Shown here: positions 13,556 through 26,098 of the stretch, piece after piece | Numbering within the stretch: position 1 is the stretch's first letter | Layout: each line of letters begins with the position of its first letter | Origin: an uncultured Nitrososphaeraceae archaeon | GTDB taxonomy: Archaea > Thermoproteota > Nitrososphaeria > Nitrososphaerales > Nitrososphaeraceae | Direction of reading: 5' to 3' | Length of the DNA stretch: 64,000 nucleotides | Assembly: GCA_963825865.1 (NCBI GenBank) | Contig: CAWGVG010000008.1 | Location: 1-64,000 of the forward strand | Made by a program: the position numbers and the translations under genes | Notes under the pieces: model-generated | What the model saw: the letters and a program-made list of their open reading frames with translations, nothing else | Database searches by the model: none | What the model was told of the DNA's origin: nothing

Positions 13556-13845
13556 GTTTGTTCACATCTCAGCTGATAATTACATTTCATATTATTGTCT
13601 ATATTTTTGGTACTATATACCGATATATATCAACTTATGAAAAGTTATAATAATAAATCAGCAATAATAATTACATTTGCTAATATATTTTGACAAAATA
13701 TGGGACATGCTGTTGGCAAATTAATGGAGTCAATAGGTTAAACGCCTAGAATACAATTGTGAAGACATTAATTAGTATAAAATATGCAGTAGTTACCTAT
13801 ATCATCACCATTTGTTCTTGGCTCTTGTTTTAAACTATATCTCAT

Positions 13846-14190
13846 TTAACTTGATATGCTGCTTTTTTGCAAACTTCTGATAAACTGTCTTAATGCTTGT
13901 GCTTCTTCTCCTATGCCTTTGATAGATTTCTTTTCTCTTTGATATGATATGAGGATGACTTCTAAACTGTTCATTTTTGCAGCGTTATTAAATTCTGAAG
14001 GTCTTATTTTCTCAATCTTATATCCATCGTCAAGCAGTTTCTCAAATTCAGAAAGAATTATACATACAGAGTCTTTTACTCTTGCTATATAGTGGCATTT
14101 ATTACATTGCTTACTTTTACCATTGTATCTTTTTTTACTTATTGCTTCATTATATCGCTTAATTACGAAGACCAACTTTCGTTTCTTCAT
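13846..14190 (-). CDS. Hypothetical protein
   Basis: 114 aa ATG-started ORF, no recognisable motif. Confidence 0.5.
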   Translation of the reverse strand: MKKRKLVFVIKRYNEAISKKRYNGKSKQCNKCHYIARVKDSVCIILSEFEKLLDDGYKIEKIRPSEFNNAAKMNSLEVILISYQREKKSIKGIGEEAQALRQFIRSLQKSSISS

Positions 14191-15057
14191 TAACTATATA
14201 ATATTTATTAACATTAACATATAGAACATTTGCATTCCGTTTCTAATCTTGTTTCTCTACCTGTCTGATTACCTGTCTATCTGACGGAGGAATATCAATT
14301 CCCTTATCGCAGTTCTCTCTGCCTAGATTAGTAAGCCTCACGTTATTACTTTTACTGCACTATATGCTGGAGCGTCAAACGCTCTTAACTTATCCGCAAG
14401 CTCTGTCATATCATGCCAACTAGGTTCTCTACTCGCCATTCTAACCATTTCCAGCTAACCCAAAACCTGACTCAGTTATCTAGAGAGATCTAATCGTATC
14501 TTTTCTTTGTGAGATTAAAAGGACCAGTAGCCTTAAAATCAATAAAGAATCAAAGCCGTCTTTTGCAACATGAATGATATTGTCTTTTGTAGCACCATCC
14601 TTACAATCACCTGTTTGTGGCAGTCTAGATTCCTTCTGTGACAACGTGCCAAGATTCACTAAGAACATATCCATTCAATCAAGATGAGCAATTTTTCATT
14701 TCCCCGATAAGAGTAACTCCAAAATAATATCATTATTGCCATTGATATCGTAGAAACGAGCGATTACCTGCACGTTACCTAGTGTATTTCCTGCTGGCTT
14801 GGCAACATTCTGGACTGCTTACACAAGCTATTCTTCCTTTGGCATCTTTTTTACGTTGAGCAAAGGTGTGTTCTTTGGCTCTACTAAAGAGAAGCAAAAT
14901 CTTAAATAATTATAGCTTGAATCACCCATTAATGTCTGATGATATACTTCAAATACAAGCACAACAAGATGAATTAAACCGTAAACTTAATGAAAAATAT
15001 CTGATGACTTGAGCAAATTTCAAAAAGCGATCGTTATCTGCATAGATTTGAAGACAA

Positions 15058-15342
15058 TTATTTTACCACCAATACAGGACAATGTGCATAAGTTACAACA
15101 TGTGATGCAACACTTCCAAGTAATAGTTTCTTAAATCCTGATCTTCCTCTTGTTCCAATTACAATTAGGTCAATATTATTTTCTTTAGCATAATCTACTA
15201 TGCATCCTGCTATATTTGTAGAAGAAATAATTTCTGTTTTTATCTGAATGTTTTTTTCATTTGCATTACGTTTAACTTTATTCAAATATTTTTCTCCTTC
15301 ATTCCTCATTGTTGTTATAAACTCTGATGTTTCATGTAACAT
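15058..15342 (-). pseudogene. Universal stress protein (Usp), N-terminally truncated
   Basis: DLIVIGTRGRSGFKKLLLGSVASHVVTYAHCPVLVVK; first strand (ILVxxD) missing. Confidence 0.85.
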
Positions 15343-15468
15343 TCCGGATCTAATATTATTCTTCGTAAATTGTTAATATCAGCTATTGCATTGGAAATTG
15401 CCCAAAATATCCTTCTTTTGCGCCTTGTAATATTATGGAACGATATATTTTATTTCTTCGTAATTTGC

Positions 15469-15765
15469 TCAGTAGCATTGGGCAGCAATCGTTTCGTCTA
15501 CTTTTATTGTAGCTTTGTACCATTTGCCATTGTGTTTGAATATATGAGTAGATGTTTTATTATTGCTTGCAGAACCATATCCACTTATTCTTTCACTTAA
15601 TCTATGTCTTAGCTTATCAACTTGGAATTGGGCAACCATCAAATTTCCAACGATGTTTTCAAATTCTAGATCTCCTTCTTCTTCTTCAATATTTGGAACC
15701 TGATGGTTGTTGCTATTGTTTAAATTATTTCTGTTGTTATTATTATTAATAATATTTATTCTCAA
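15469..15765 (-). CDS. Small hypothetical protein (paralog remnant at ~20425-20500)
   Basis: EFENIVGNLMVAQFQ matches ELETLLGKLMMVAQFQ on the + strand near 20450. Confidence 0.55.
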   Translation of the reverse strand: MRINIINNNNNRNNLNNSNNHQVPNIEEEEGDLEFENIVGNLMVAQFQVDKLRHRLSERISGYGSASNNKTSTHIFKHNGKWYKATIKVDETIAAQCY

Positions 15766-17327
15766 TTTGCTAGATAGTATCCTGTCTTATGTTCTTTTAT
15801 GAAAATGATGGCTTTTTGGTTTACATACGTATACTCTACTATTTCGTGTTCTTGGTTTAGAATAATAGTACTACTCATTACTATTTTATTCTCTACATTG
15901 CCAGATTCGTATTTTTGGCAATGTTTTTGGAAACTTTACTTCCGAGAATGAACGCAACAGCCTTCTAAGAAGTGCTGTAAAAGATGGAATTCAAGAGTCT
16001 GTAAGGGTTTTCACACGTACAGGACTCTAACTATGGAGCGTCAAAAAATGTTAAGGGTTTTGTAGATGACTTTGGTGAAAATATTAGAAGTAGATTTTCA
16101 TTAATTAATGGCAGATTGGAAGATAATCGTACAAATATGAATGTGGGGATACCAAACGTCTACATAGGAGCATGGAATACTATTGCAGGCTTAAGGGACG
16201 CATTTAGCACTACTATAACAGTCCCATGTAGGGATTATTATGATCGTTCGGCATAACAAGTATACTTGGACTTTTCTATAATCCTACCATTGGAAATGAC
16301 TGCATCAATTCTTCCGATATACTCGATATCTTCTATACGATTGGCAGACAGGTTCAGTATATCTTTTTGTTTGTCTGGTTCAATAGTGCCTGTCTGATTA
16401 AATATCCTGAGTACCTTAGCACCATTGTTAGTAGCGTTCTCTAAGAATTTCTGTAGTTGATCAGGATAGATAACAGTAAGGCCATCTGGCCTCAAAGTCA
16501 GAAGCTATCTTGGCAGTGGATCCTACTCCAATGCATGACAAAAGCCCCCCACATTGCTGTTTGATTGCATTTTTTACGATATTATTTATGCCCTTGAGCT
16601 GAGTATTATTATTATTATAGGCATTAGCATAGTTTGATATTCATCTTTTGGTTTCAATGCTCGAATCTGGCAATTTGCAACAATAACTCGATCTTATTAT
16701 TATTATTATTATGATGAAGGTCTGATTCTGCCGTCATTATTTCTTACTGTCGCCATGTTTCTCATAAAATGCTTACTGTGCGATGTTAGTACAAAAAATG
16801 ATTAACTCTTTTAAATTGACAAAATAATTATTTTTTCAGATACAATTTTTTACTTCTCTAGCTCATTCTGGACAATGGAAATGGTGAAGGTAATAATACG
16901 GCCTTAGTTAGTCGTAGTTGTAGGTGTAATAAAGAGGCATCTAATATTCATCTGGTATTTACTCTTTCACTTCCCATTCTTCTTGAATTGTCAAGAAACA
17001 TACTGGCCAATGTCTCAACTTTAGGTTTTAGGTGTTCTTCACCTTTCCATACTTCGAGTATTTCTTGCTTTGGCAAGACCCAAATTCGCATTCTATCAAC
17101 AATTACAACAAATGCAACAGCTGCTGCTACGACAGTTGAAGGAGAAGAAGAGTGATCTCCGTCTATTAGCAATAATACAGGCAGCTGCTATCTTACCAAT
17201 AACTGGTAGCAATGGTAACAGAAGGGGTAGTTTTATGATTCCATTTTATTCTATATATTAGAAAAATAAGGTGTATATGATATTAACAAAACAAGAAAGA
17301 AAGAGCATAGCACAAAAAAAATATAAA

Positions 17328-17513
17328 CTAATCAACTCCCAAATTACCACCACAAGCACAATAACCAAATTCATCGATTCGTGAATTACAGAAGGGACAT
17401 ACTCCATTGTAGTCATCGGCATTTCCTGTACCTCCATAAATGACCTCTTCGGCATTTTTCCCCCAAGTTTTCTTATGGATATTTATGTCGTCAGGAATCT
17501 CATTATTATTCAT
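17328..17513 (-). CDS. Small Cys-rich (Zn-finger-like) protein
   Basis: CPFC...CACGG in a 61 aa ORF. Confidence 0.65.
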   Translation of the reverse strand: MNNNEIPDDINIHKKTWGKNAEEVIYGGTGNADDYNGVCPFCNSRIDEFGYCACGGNLGVD

Positions 17514-17674
17514 CTAATATTCCTTAATCGCCTACTACAGTATAAGTATTTTATCTTGTAGGAGACAAATTCATAATTTTTTATGTAAATCAAATATAAA
17601 ATATAATATTTATAAAATAATAATAAGAACTTGTATTATTTATCAATGCACGGTAACAAGAGGTAATAGTTTCT

Positions 17675-18310
17675 ATTGATGCCTACAGAGCGTTGGATAA
17701 TCCCAAATTCATACTAATCGATGAAGGCGACTTTTTTAGAAAAGGAGAGCAAGAAGATGTAAGACATGTATCAGAAAGATACATTGCAAAATCAGACCCT
17801 TACATTGTGATGATATCAACACCTAATGGTCCTGGAGGCCTATTTGAAAGCATAGAAAAAGAACCAGAAGAGACATGCATTTACAAGCGTTTATTGTTGG
17901 ATTATACTTATGGTATTGACAAAATATACACTAGACAAGAAATAGAAAAAGCAAAGGCATCTCCAAGTTTTGAGCGGGAATATAACCTAAAATATTTGGG
18001 AGGTATTGGCAATGTGTTTAGTCCTGCTGATATTGACGATGCTATTAAAGAATATCATATAGCACAAAATCCTACTCTTATTCAAGGAGTAATGGGATTA
18101 GATCCTGGATGGGGTACAAGTGCATTTGGTATAGTTATAACCCATTTCGTAGATGGCCTTATTCAGAGTAGTACATGCCGATGAACATAGTAGATCTGGT
18201 CATAGTGAGATGTTAGAGGTTGTCTGGGATCTTATCATAAAATATAATGTCACCAAAGTGTTAGTCGATTCTTCTGCGCCTTCATTTATCAGAGCACTCA
18301 AAATACAACT
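17675..18310 (+). pseudogene. Terminase large subunit, internal fragment (Walker B to RNase H-like nuclease)
   Basis: FILIDEGDF (Walker B), ISTPNG (motif III), FEREY, MGLDPGWGTSAFGIV (nuclease Asp), VLVDSSAP; truncated at both ends. Confidence 0.85.
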
Positions 18311-18913
18311 TAGAGCTGTATGCTCTTATTGGTATAATAACAAAATGTTTTGAGGATTTTTAAAGTTGCCAAGGAAAGCTCAATACCGAAGAAGATTAAT
18401 TTCGGTTAAAGGTAATTCAAGACGACGACGATTAAGAGGAAGAATAAACGTAATAGTATTATAATTGAATGCGCGTATAATATATAATATCATATAATAT
18501 GCACGTAGTTACCGATAACGATCTTCATTTGTATAATTCAACAACTCATCATCATAATAGTGGAAAGTTTAGATGCCCCTATTGCAATCGCGGAAGACGA
18601 GCGTCAAAGTCACATCAGCAGAGAGCATAAAGGTGATATTATCTTAAAGCAATATGACAATCTCAGTAACTAGAGATAAGAACAACAGCGGTTCTTAGAC
18701 CGTTTCAAAGATAATTAAATAAAAATAAAAAAGAATAAGCATCACTCAAATAAGAAGAAGGAGGTTGAAGATCAAACCGTATATTTTGATAATCGTGACT
18801 ACGATTGTAATCACGAACACTCATAATTGATGCGTCTGGTCTAACAGTGTCAAAGAAGGTTCTTTAACTGATGTATCGATCCATAGTTAATTTCTATGTA
18901 TATGTATTAATAA

Positions 18914-19333
18914 TTATCTAAATTTGACAGATTCCATTTTTCCATTATTTGCTTTTACTATTACCTTGTCGAAATTCATGTCCTGGGATTCAGGAGTAAT
19001 CATAACTGATGAAAATGGACCCATATCCCCTATATGTTGAATTCCTCCTTTCTCACCAAACTGCACAGTTACATCGTTTATTGTTTCAAAGTTGTTATTT
19101 GATACCTTTATGCTTATGGTCTGTATTGTTCCTACTCCTTCGCTTCGTTGTATGATTTCTATGTTTAATCCATATCTTGGTATGAATACAGATAAGAATA
19201 CTATAGCAACTATTACAAAGCCTATTCTTATTGCAAATTTAGCAATTCTGATACGATTCCATTTTCTGGGAATTTTTCCTGCACTATCATTACCACCACC
19301 AAATCCACTAGACCGATCATCCCATCTACCCAT
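18914..19333 (-). CDS. Membrane-anchored hypothetical protein
   Basis: 139 aa, one TM helix followed by a beta-rich domain. Confidence 0.7.
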   Translation of the reverse strand: MGRWDDRSSGFGGGNDSAGKIPRKWNRIRIAKFAIRIGFVIVAIVFLSVFIPRYGLNIEIIQRSEGVGTIQTISIKVSNNNFETINDVTVQFGEKGGIQHIGDMGPFSSVMITPESQDMNFDKVIVKANNGKMESVKFR

Positions 19334-19871
19334 CGGTTAAAATTCCCTTAATTATACATTATTGAGGCAGATAATATAACAATTGTGTGGATTTTTAATA
19401 TACATCTTAGAGAATTACAATAATCACTGTATTTGATCAATTAAGCAAGAACAAAGATATTATAGACTATATGTCTACGGTTATACAACTAGGGAGGTTA
19501 CAGAAATATTGTATGGTAACTGTTCCATTGCACTGCATCGTAAATTGATAAAGGCAAAAAAGATGTTTGGTGCAAATTGACATAGGATTTGAGGATGTGC
19601 ACACATAATTGTCAACGATTATAGAAACTCGTCAATTAGGTTTGTTTGGAATATTACCACCAACAGGACTGCTTATAGCAATATGCCAAGTCAGATTTGC
19701 TAAATTGCAAACGGCATTTTCGCATTTGTGGAGAATAATCGAAGGCCAATGGAACTTGGTAGTGCGGACACGCAGAGCCTAATAAAGCTCACTATGAACT
19801 TGCAATAGCAATATTTGTGCATTCGTTATAACTAAATATTAAATCGTTCTTATTGATGGAATGTTTCAACC

Positions 19872-20417
19872 GGCCTTATTACTCAGCTTTCTATAGATAA
19901 CATGTGTTCACACTGTCCAAATTTCTCCCTGATGAGGGATGGTGTGTGCTAAGGTACTTACTTAGATATATTAGATGGAGAGATTTCTGTGTGGTTAGTC
20001 CATACTGTCGTAGTAGGAATGTAAAGAAAGACGGTCATTATCGTTCATATCAAAAGTACTTTTGCAAACAGTGTAAAAAGTCGTTCAACGATAAAACAGG
20101 TACAATATTTCACTATTCACATACACCATTGAAATTATGGTTCTTGGCATTATACCTATTCTTTGTACTGTGGCCTGGGTGTTCTATACACGAAACATCA
20201 CTAGAAGTAGGTGTATCATATTACAGATGTTACAAATTTATCAGAATCTGTCATGGAGAGACTAATATCATCATCTTCTACGTTAGGTGGTGTTAAACTT
20301 AGGCTGCCTGGAAGACCACCACGACGTAGAGGATTGAAACCTTGGAGAGGAAGAGGTACCTATGAAAAGGAATATCCAATGATAACATGTATACATCAGG
20401 GAGGAGGAATGACATAC
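19872..20417 (+). mobile_element. IS1595-family element, left part only
   Basis: RW...PYC...YFCKQCKKSFNDKTGTIFHYSHTPLKLWF (IS1595 Zn ribbon/HTH) and GRGT motif; candidate left end GGCCTTATTACTC at 19872; catalytic part lost. Confidence 0.8.
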
Positions 20418-20551
20418 TGAATGAAATCAAAGAAAGAAGAGAGACAGAACTAGAAACACTTCTAGGTAAATTGATGATGGTTGCTCAATTTCAGAATAAG
20501 ATTTCCTCAAAAAATAAGAGGTGTTTGAATTATGTCTGATTCTACAGATGG

Positions 20552-21035
20552 CTAATTGATAATTCTAGCTTGCTTTTTAAATCCTTGAATCTGTTCCTGA
20601 GAGTCATTTCTGTTACTCCTGCTGCCTTGTGCAATATCATTTTGAGTCTTATTTTTTTCGCCAGTCTTAAGACATGATAAGTAAAGAATAGTAGCTGCTA
20701 ATCCCATTGGACTTTTTCCAGCAGATAATAACAATATTTCATCTTTTTTTCTGACTTCATTCATTATACTTATTGCTTGACGTTTCGTTTTTTCGCTTAG
20801 ATTAGCTATATTTGCAACTTTGGCAATACACTTCATTTGATCGACTAATGGAACTTTCAAGTCAAGTTCGACAAGTAATAATCTGTACGCTTTTGCTAAA
20901 TGTTTGCGTTTGATGTAGATTTATTTGGAGTGTATCGAAGGCGGCAGTAGCACACCATTCTGGTCTGGTTATATCTTGAGTATTGTCTGAAATTATCATA
21001 CCACATTTCTTACAAATAATCTCTCCTCTCTTAGA
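20552..21035 (-). pseudogene. tfb: Transcription initiation factor IIB paralog with large internal deletion
   Basis: Zn-ribbon remnant GEIICKKCGMIISD...RPEW (~20945-21035) joined to the second cyclin repeat AGKSPMGLAATILY...TQNDIAQ/AAGVTEMTLRNRF. Confidence 0.8.
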
Positions 21036-21118
21036 GATGACCTAATATGCGCCATCGTATCATAGGCTAGTTTTACATATCAGCAACCGACAGCTAACGG
21101 CTTCTAGTGTCGCCTGTC

Positions 21119-21132
21119 AAGTTAACAGAACC
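21119..21132 (-). mobile_element. Solo IS6-like terminal inverted repeat
   Basis: AAGTTAACAGAACC (rc GGTTCTGTTAACTT) resembles the GGTGCTGTTAAG ends of the IS6 at 41206. Confidence 0.45.
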
Positions 21133-21208
21133 ATTTAGATAACTTAATTTATTAAAAAGACCAGCAGGAGGTGTGTGGCATCGATTAAGAACGATAATAA
21201 TAATAATA

Positions 21209-21939
21209 ATGAGCATATTTGTCCTCACTCAGACTCGAGCGAGCGAGTGGTCATCAGCAGAATATGCTTTAGAATACTTGGAAATTGCAGAGAAAATTCC
21301 ACACAAGAATGAAGGAGAAAAAGTTCTTCTTGAATATATTCCAGCAGGTGCTAAAAGAATACTTGACTTGGGAACAGGTGACGGTAGGCTAATCAAACTA
21401 ATAAAGTCGAAGAAACAACAACAGCAATTGTCTGCTTCCCCATCCACATCATTGTCACCATTAACCCCTGAAATCACGGTAGTTGATGTTTCACCTACTA
21501 TGCTAGAAAAAGTGAGAAATTATTTTAAACATGATAGTAATGATCTAAGAATAATAGAACATGATCTTTCATATCCTATTTCAAGCAAATTAATGGCAGA
21601 AGATAAAGATGGACAACGAGAAGCACAATTTGATGCCATAGTTTCTGGACTTGCAATACATCACCTCACTCATGATCGCAAGTATTCGCTTTACAGGGAG
21701 ATTTATGGCTTATTGAGGCCTGGAGGGGTATTTTGTAACTTTGACCATGTTGCTTCGCCGACGCCAAGCCTGCATAGACAATTCTTGGCAAAAACCGCAT
21801 GCAAAAAAGAAGACAAGTCTAATAAACTATTAGACATACAAACACGCTCAAATGGTTGCAGGAAATTGGTTTTATCGATGTGGATTGTTATTGGAAGTGG
21901 CTTGAACTGGCACTTTTAGTAGGTGTTAAACCAATTTGA
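21209..21939 (+). CDS. Class I SAM-dependent methyltransferase (frameshift near 3' end)
   Basis: [35 protein letters not shown]; C-terminus [24 protein letters not shown] in a shifted frame. Confidence 0.85.
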
Positions 21940-21947
21940 GTTCATGA

Positions 21948-22320
21948 CTAACTAGATGATCTCAGCCTGCACCTGCTGCAGCTGCTGCCTCCTGCTGCTG
22001 AGCCTGTTGTTGAACCTTCTGCTCCTGCGTCACCTATACTAGTAGAAGGAGTGATACCCTTAGCTGTATCAAGACAGTTTGTAACTACTTTGTGGGTGAG
22101 GCCCTGTGATTTGTTTGCTGTGGTTATACAACTTATGAATGAATTTAACTCCTTTTTAGGCTGAGCCTTGGGATTGGTAGTGGTCCTAGCAGCTGCAGAA
22201 GAAGCAAAGAACTCCACTGTTGCTGCCTACCTGTACTTGTCTTTGAAGCTGCCAACGCTAAGTAATAGTGGTTAAAGCTAGCTCCGTTGCAAGCGTTAAA
22301 GCTATTACTGATATCGCTAC
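21948..22320 (-). CDS. Small secreted Ala/Ser/Gly-rich protein, frameshifted
   Basis: Hydrophobic leader and helical Cys pair ELNSFISCITTANKSQGLTHKVVTNCLDTAKG. Confidence 0.45.
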
Positions 22321-22506
22321 CAAAATAGCATAAGAACTCGAGTTTTTGTATGACATGAAATCGCTTCACCATAATACATCTTTTAATATTCCTTAACTTA
22401 GTTACCTACTAACTAACTTAAGATTGCCTACGCTCTTCTAACAAATCCTTTTTCTTTGAAAGTATCAAAAGTACATATATTGATGATGGATTTAATTCAT
22501 CTTTGA

Positions 22507-22734
22507 CTATACTTCAGGGCATGTTAGTTCCTGCCAGCATTCTAAACAGTAATCACCACTATCTTGATAAATCTCTGATACTTTGTTTTTACAATGGTCA
22601 CAGTATGGAGGAGAAAAGTAGTTCTTCTTACCGCTACTATTATTATTTTTGTTGTTGTCTTTGTTCATTGCAATCGCATATCCTAGCTCAAAAGAAAAGC
22701 TCAAAAGCGTTCCGTTGTCATGTATGTTGACCAA
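22507..22734 (-). CDS. Small Zn-finger protein
   Basis: CDHC...YCLECWQE; true start likely internal. Confidence 0.55.
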   Translation of the reverse strand: MVNIHDNGTLLSFSFELGYAIAMNKDNNKNNNSSGKKNYFSPPYCDHCKNKVSEIYQDSGDYCLECWQELTCPEV

Positions 22735-23741
22735 TTGTAGTTATTGGTTGACCAATCTTTCTTTATCTCCTCTTTGCCAATTATTGATAATTATATTGCG
22801 AAACGTCAGATCAAAAATCGAGCATCGAAGATCGCAGGTCAGCAGTCGGCTACATGGCAACTGTAATCAATACATTGCTTTCTTTTTAGGGAAAAGGTAT
22901 TGGTAGATGGAAAGGTGTGGAATCTTTTGCAGGATGATGAGTCTTTTTACTATGTGTGCAGGTAACAATATCACCTCCACTACATTTGTTGTGGTTAGCA
23001 ACACCAGTAGTAGCAGCACTTGATTGTTGCTGCAACAATATTGCTACTGAAAAGGCTCCTCCTCCTATTACTACTATTAGCGCTGCCATTGTTAGCAGTA
23101 TTGTTATGATGATAATAGGTAGTCTTCCTCCTCAAATTTCCTATCCTTTTTCATCAAATATATTGACTTTGGCAATTATTGCTGTATTCTTTCTTAAGGA
23201 AGTTATTTCTAAATTACCTGTAGTACATTGGTCTGGCAAGGATATTACGTATACCATTAGCTCAGTACTTATTCTCTATAATATCATGCTGCCTCTCTGT
23301 GGAAATTGTAATTTTAATTAAGTAATCTGCTGCTGCTAGATCATTAGAGTGGTACTTCTTAGAAACCAAGTAACGGATTGTTATTGTTATCTTGAAGGCC
23401 TATTTTCTAGGAATTTCATTAACTTGACTATATATGGAATATCTCTATAAAACTTGCTTTCTTAATATGAATATCAAACAACATTTTTTGTGTATAGGCT
23501 TTAAGGTGAGGATCTTGTGTAGCTTCTGATAATTTGCCCATTTCTCTGATATTCTTTTCTTGTTCTTCTTCTTATTTTGAAAGGCACTTGCTATTTGTCG
23601 TCTCCTCCACCACACACTTCATCCTCTTCACACACTCTCACTATTAACAAAAATTGCAGTAAATAAAATAATACTGGAACCATAGCATTAAGATTAACCA
23701 TGGGGGACGTGGTTACATAAGACGCACAATCTCTTTATTAT

Positions 23742-23918
23742 TCAAAGACGGATACCTGAAGCATACCAATTGCCATGAGATGATTCTTGAAATACAATTA
23801 TCACATCTTTTTTCGGTATGTTCAATATTTTTACTACATCATCAGTAATTGCCTCTGCCAATCGGTCTTTTTCCCTTTGAGTTCTCCCACCATACATCGC
23901 CACCGTGATTATAGGCAT
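23742..23918 (-). CDS. 4-oxalocrotonate tautomerase family protein
   Basis: MPIITVAMYGGRTQREKDRL...: catalytic Pro1, GRT motif, NWYASG; ~58 aa. Confidence 0.85.
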   Translation of the reverse strand: MPIITVAMYGGRTQREKDRLAEAITDDVVKILNIPKKDVIIVFQESSHGNWYASGIRL

Positions 23919-24308
23919 ATTAATAATAATTGCCAAAATTAATACAAAAGGTTATCGTAAGCTACCATCTAGACAGGAGGATGGTATAATGCTTATTGTT
24001 ATTTTAAAAGCAAGAAGCATATATACGACAATCAAAAATATTAGATGACATACTCACTATTTGTCAGCTATAAGACATGTTCTCGAAGAAGATAAGAGTA
24101 ATAATAAAATGCATAAAGATAGAAAGCAAGAAGGTTTTTGACGATTTTCCTGCAATAAGATCATTAAAAGGAACCTATAATAATATACCCTCCTATACTC
24201 AATCTATAATTTTTTGAAATTTGGAAGAATATAATCGGAATGTTTGTATATTCAATACCAGTTGTATAGGTTTTCTATATTCGTACAATATTTGATGAAA
24301 TGTCGATC

Positions 24309-24593
24309 TCAGGTCAACATATTAGAAATTACGATCCCCAGTTTTTCCCACGCGTGATGATAAGCATCTGTTAACCGATCCAGTTCATACAAAGCATAAT
24401 GTCTAGCTGAAACGGATTTTGCACGACCTGCTAAAATGTCAGCCTCATTCATATCCATAACTCATCACATTATAGTGAATCTTTCTCAATTCAACAAATT
24501 TAACATTCGTAATTCTTTTAGTGAGTTTGTGAGCAACGTCCAGGGCTCCTTTGTCAAAGTTCGGAGCTTTTCAGAATTGTTCAAAAATTAAAG
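24309..24593 (-). pseudogene. Second SSV1-like integrase C-terminal fragment
   Basis: Reverse complement aligns by eye with 5250-5522 (VAHKLTKRITNVKFVELRKIHYNVM...DILAGRAKSVSARHYALYELDRL), with internal stop/indel. Confidence 0.75.
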
Positions 24594-24875
24594 TTGTGCA
24601 AGAAAAATAAGAACTGAAAAAGAGTTTTACAAACTACTCAATAGCAGCGGGTTTGATATTGCTAATATAATACGATCGCCAGACTATGCAAACTTTTTGA
24701 GTATTATCGAAGCAACACCATCTTCATAATAGTAGGTTATAGAGCGTGTTGTCTGCACCACTAATTCTAAGCACTGAGAAGGAATAATCCATTGAGCATA
24801 TGCATCATCATTTGCTTTTGTAACTATTACTAATAGCAACTCACAAACAATAATGGTTAATGACAACTCCATGCT

Positions 24876-25133
24876 TTGCAAACGGCATACAATGACAGTT
24901 TGCAAAATGAAATAGATACCATAGAATGGTTTTTAAAATATATAGTACAAAAAAAGATTCAAACTGATAAACTAGAAGTTATCGTTCAAGACAAAATTGC
25001 TGACCTGAAGATTAGGATGGATAATGCCATACACAGAGAAGTTACAGACTTTTTATTTACAAAGATCGAAACTCTGAGATGGGTTTTGTATGTTATTCAC
25101 AGTATTAACAAAGGATCGCTAATAGTAGTATGA
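24876..25133 (+). CDS. Small helical hypothetical protein
   Basis: Internal repeat EIDTIEWFL / KIETLRWVL. Confidence 0.55.
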   Translation: MQTAYNDSLQNEIDTIEWFLKYIVQKKIQTDKLEVIVQDKIADLKIRMDNAIHREVTDFLFTKIETLRWVLYVIHSINKGSLIVV

Positions 25134-25245
25134 TAGAAAAAGGAGGAAAAGACAGTTTTATGTCTAGCGCCTGTCAGCATGAATGCAAATTGATGGATCT
25201 GTATTTTCTTTGCCCATTTGAAAACCTCCTTTTGAACGACTCGAA

Positions 25246-25710
25246 CTATTTTGTCAAAGAGTAACTTGCAGTAAGGATATCACGACATTTTAAGACTCCG
25301 CCTTGAATAATAATGCAGTTGTCTGGAACCATCCTACTATCTAATGCTACTCCTCCACCTTGCACGTCACACATTTCATAGCTTGTGCGCACACATTTCA
25401 TAGCTTGTGTTTGATTTAATGTACCCATATCTTTCATTCCTAGCATTGACAATTGCAGATAAGCTAGGTTCATCTGATTAAATGCTTCTGTAGTATTACC
25501 TTTCTTCAGTGCTTGGTCGGCTATCATAAGGTGTAACTTTGCCAATTCTTCCATAGCAAAATTCATACTCGTGCTGTTAGTATTATTACTGTTATTAACC
25601 TGTGCTGATACAGAATAAACTGAGTCATTCTGAGGTATGGTTGTTACTAGTATCGATATCAATACTACACTAACAACTATTGCTAATGTTGTTGATGTTT
25701 TTGTAAACAT
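25246..25710 (-). CDS. Secreted hypothetical protein
   Basis: Signal peptide, helical AKLHLMIADQALKKGN..AFNQMNLA domain; contains a 20-bp duplication. Confidence 0.6.
   Translation of the reverse strand: MFTKTSTTLAIVVSVVLISILVTTIPQNDSVYSVSAQVNNSNNTNSTSMNFAMEELAKLHLMIADQALKKGNTTEAFNQMNLAYLQLSMLGMKDMGTLNQTQAMKCVRTSYEMCDVQGGGVALDSRMVPDNCIIIQGGVLKCRDILTASYSLTK
25368..25409. repeat. 20-bp direct repeat, period 22
   Basis: CACACATTTCATAGCTTGTG at 25368-25387 and 25390-25409. Confidence 0.85.
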
Positions 25711-26002
25711 ACAGCCTTAACAATAACTAATATTGTATATATTTGTAAAGCAAGTCTATGCTGTATATGTTATGCACACAATGTGAGAGAAAGCTATGTA
25801 ATTAGAAGATGTAGTTAAAAGAAGTCTAAAGACGTCAAATTTCAGAGGACAAGAGAAGATTCAGTAACCAAAACCTGTAGGCTGCATGATCCAGATTGAT
25901 GATTATTATGGTGGATTATGAAAGTGCCTGTATAGTAAAGGTTATCATTAAGTTCGTTCAGATGACATCCATGACGAATCCAAAGAAGGGGATTCAATCT
26001 CA

Positions 26003-26025
26003 GGGTTCAAATCCCACCCAGTCCA
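26003..26025 (+). other. tRNA 3' fragment (T-arm plus acceptor strand), probable att site
   Basis: GGGTTCAAATCCCACCCAGTCCA = T-loop TTCAAAT + CCAGTCC-A; no matching 5' half upstream; ~75 bp before the integrase start. Confidence 0.7.
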
Positions 26026-26098
26026 CCTACATAATGGGTTCATATACTAGTTGAAGAAATTACAAACCAAGAATAAAGGAGGAGGATTTAGTTAATAG

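Noticed and set aside
5250-24593. Diversity-generating retroelement TR/VR pair
   Set aside because: Differences are mostly synonymous and not adenine-specific; no reverse transcriptase in the window.
25950-26030. Complete tRNA gene
   Set aside because: No D-arm, anticodon arm or 5' acceptor strand upstream of the T-loop.
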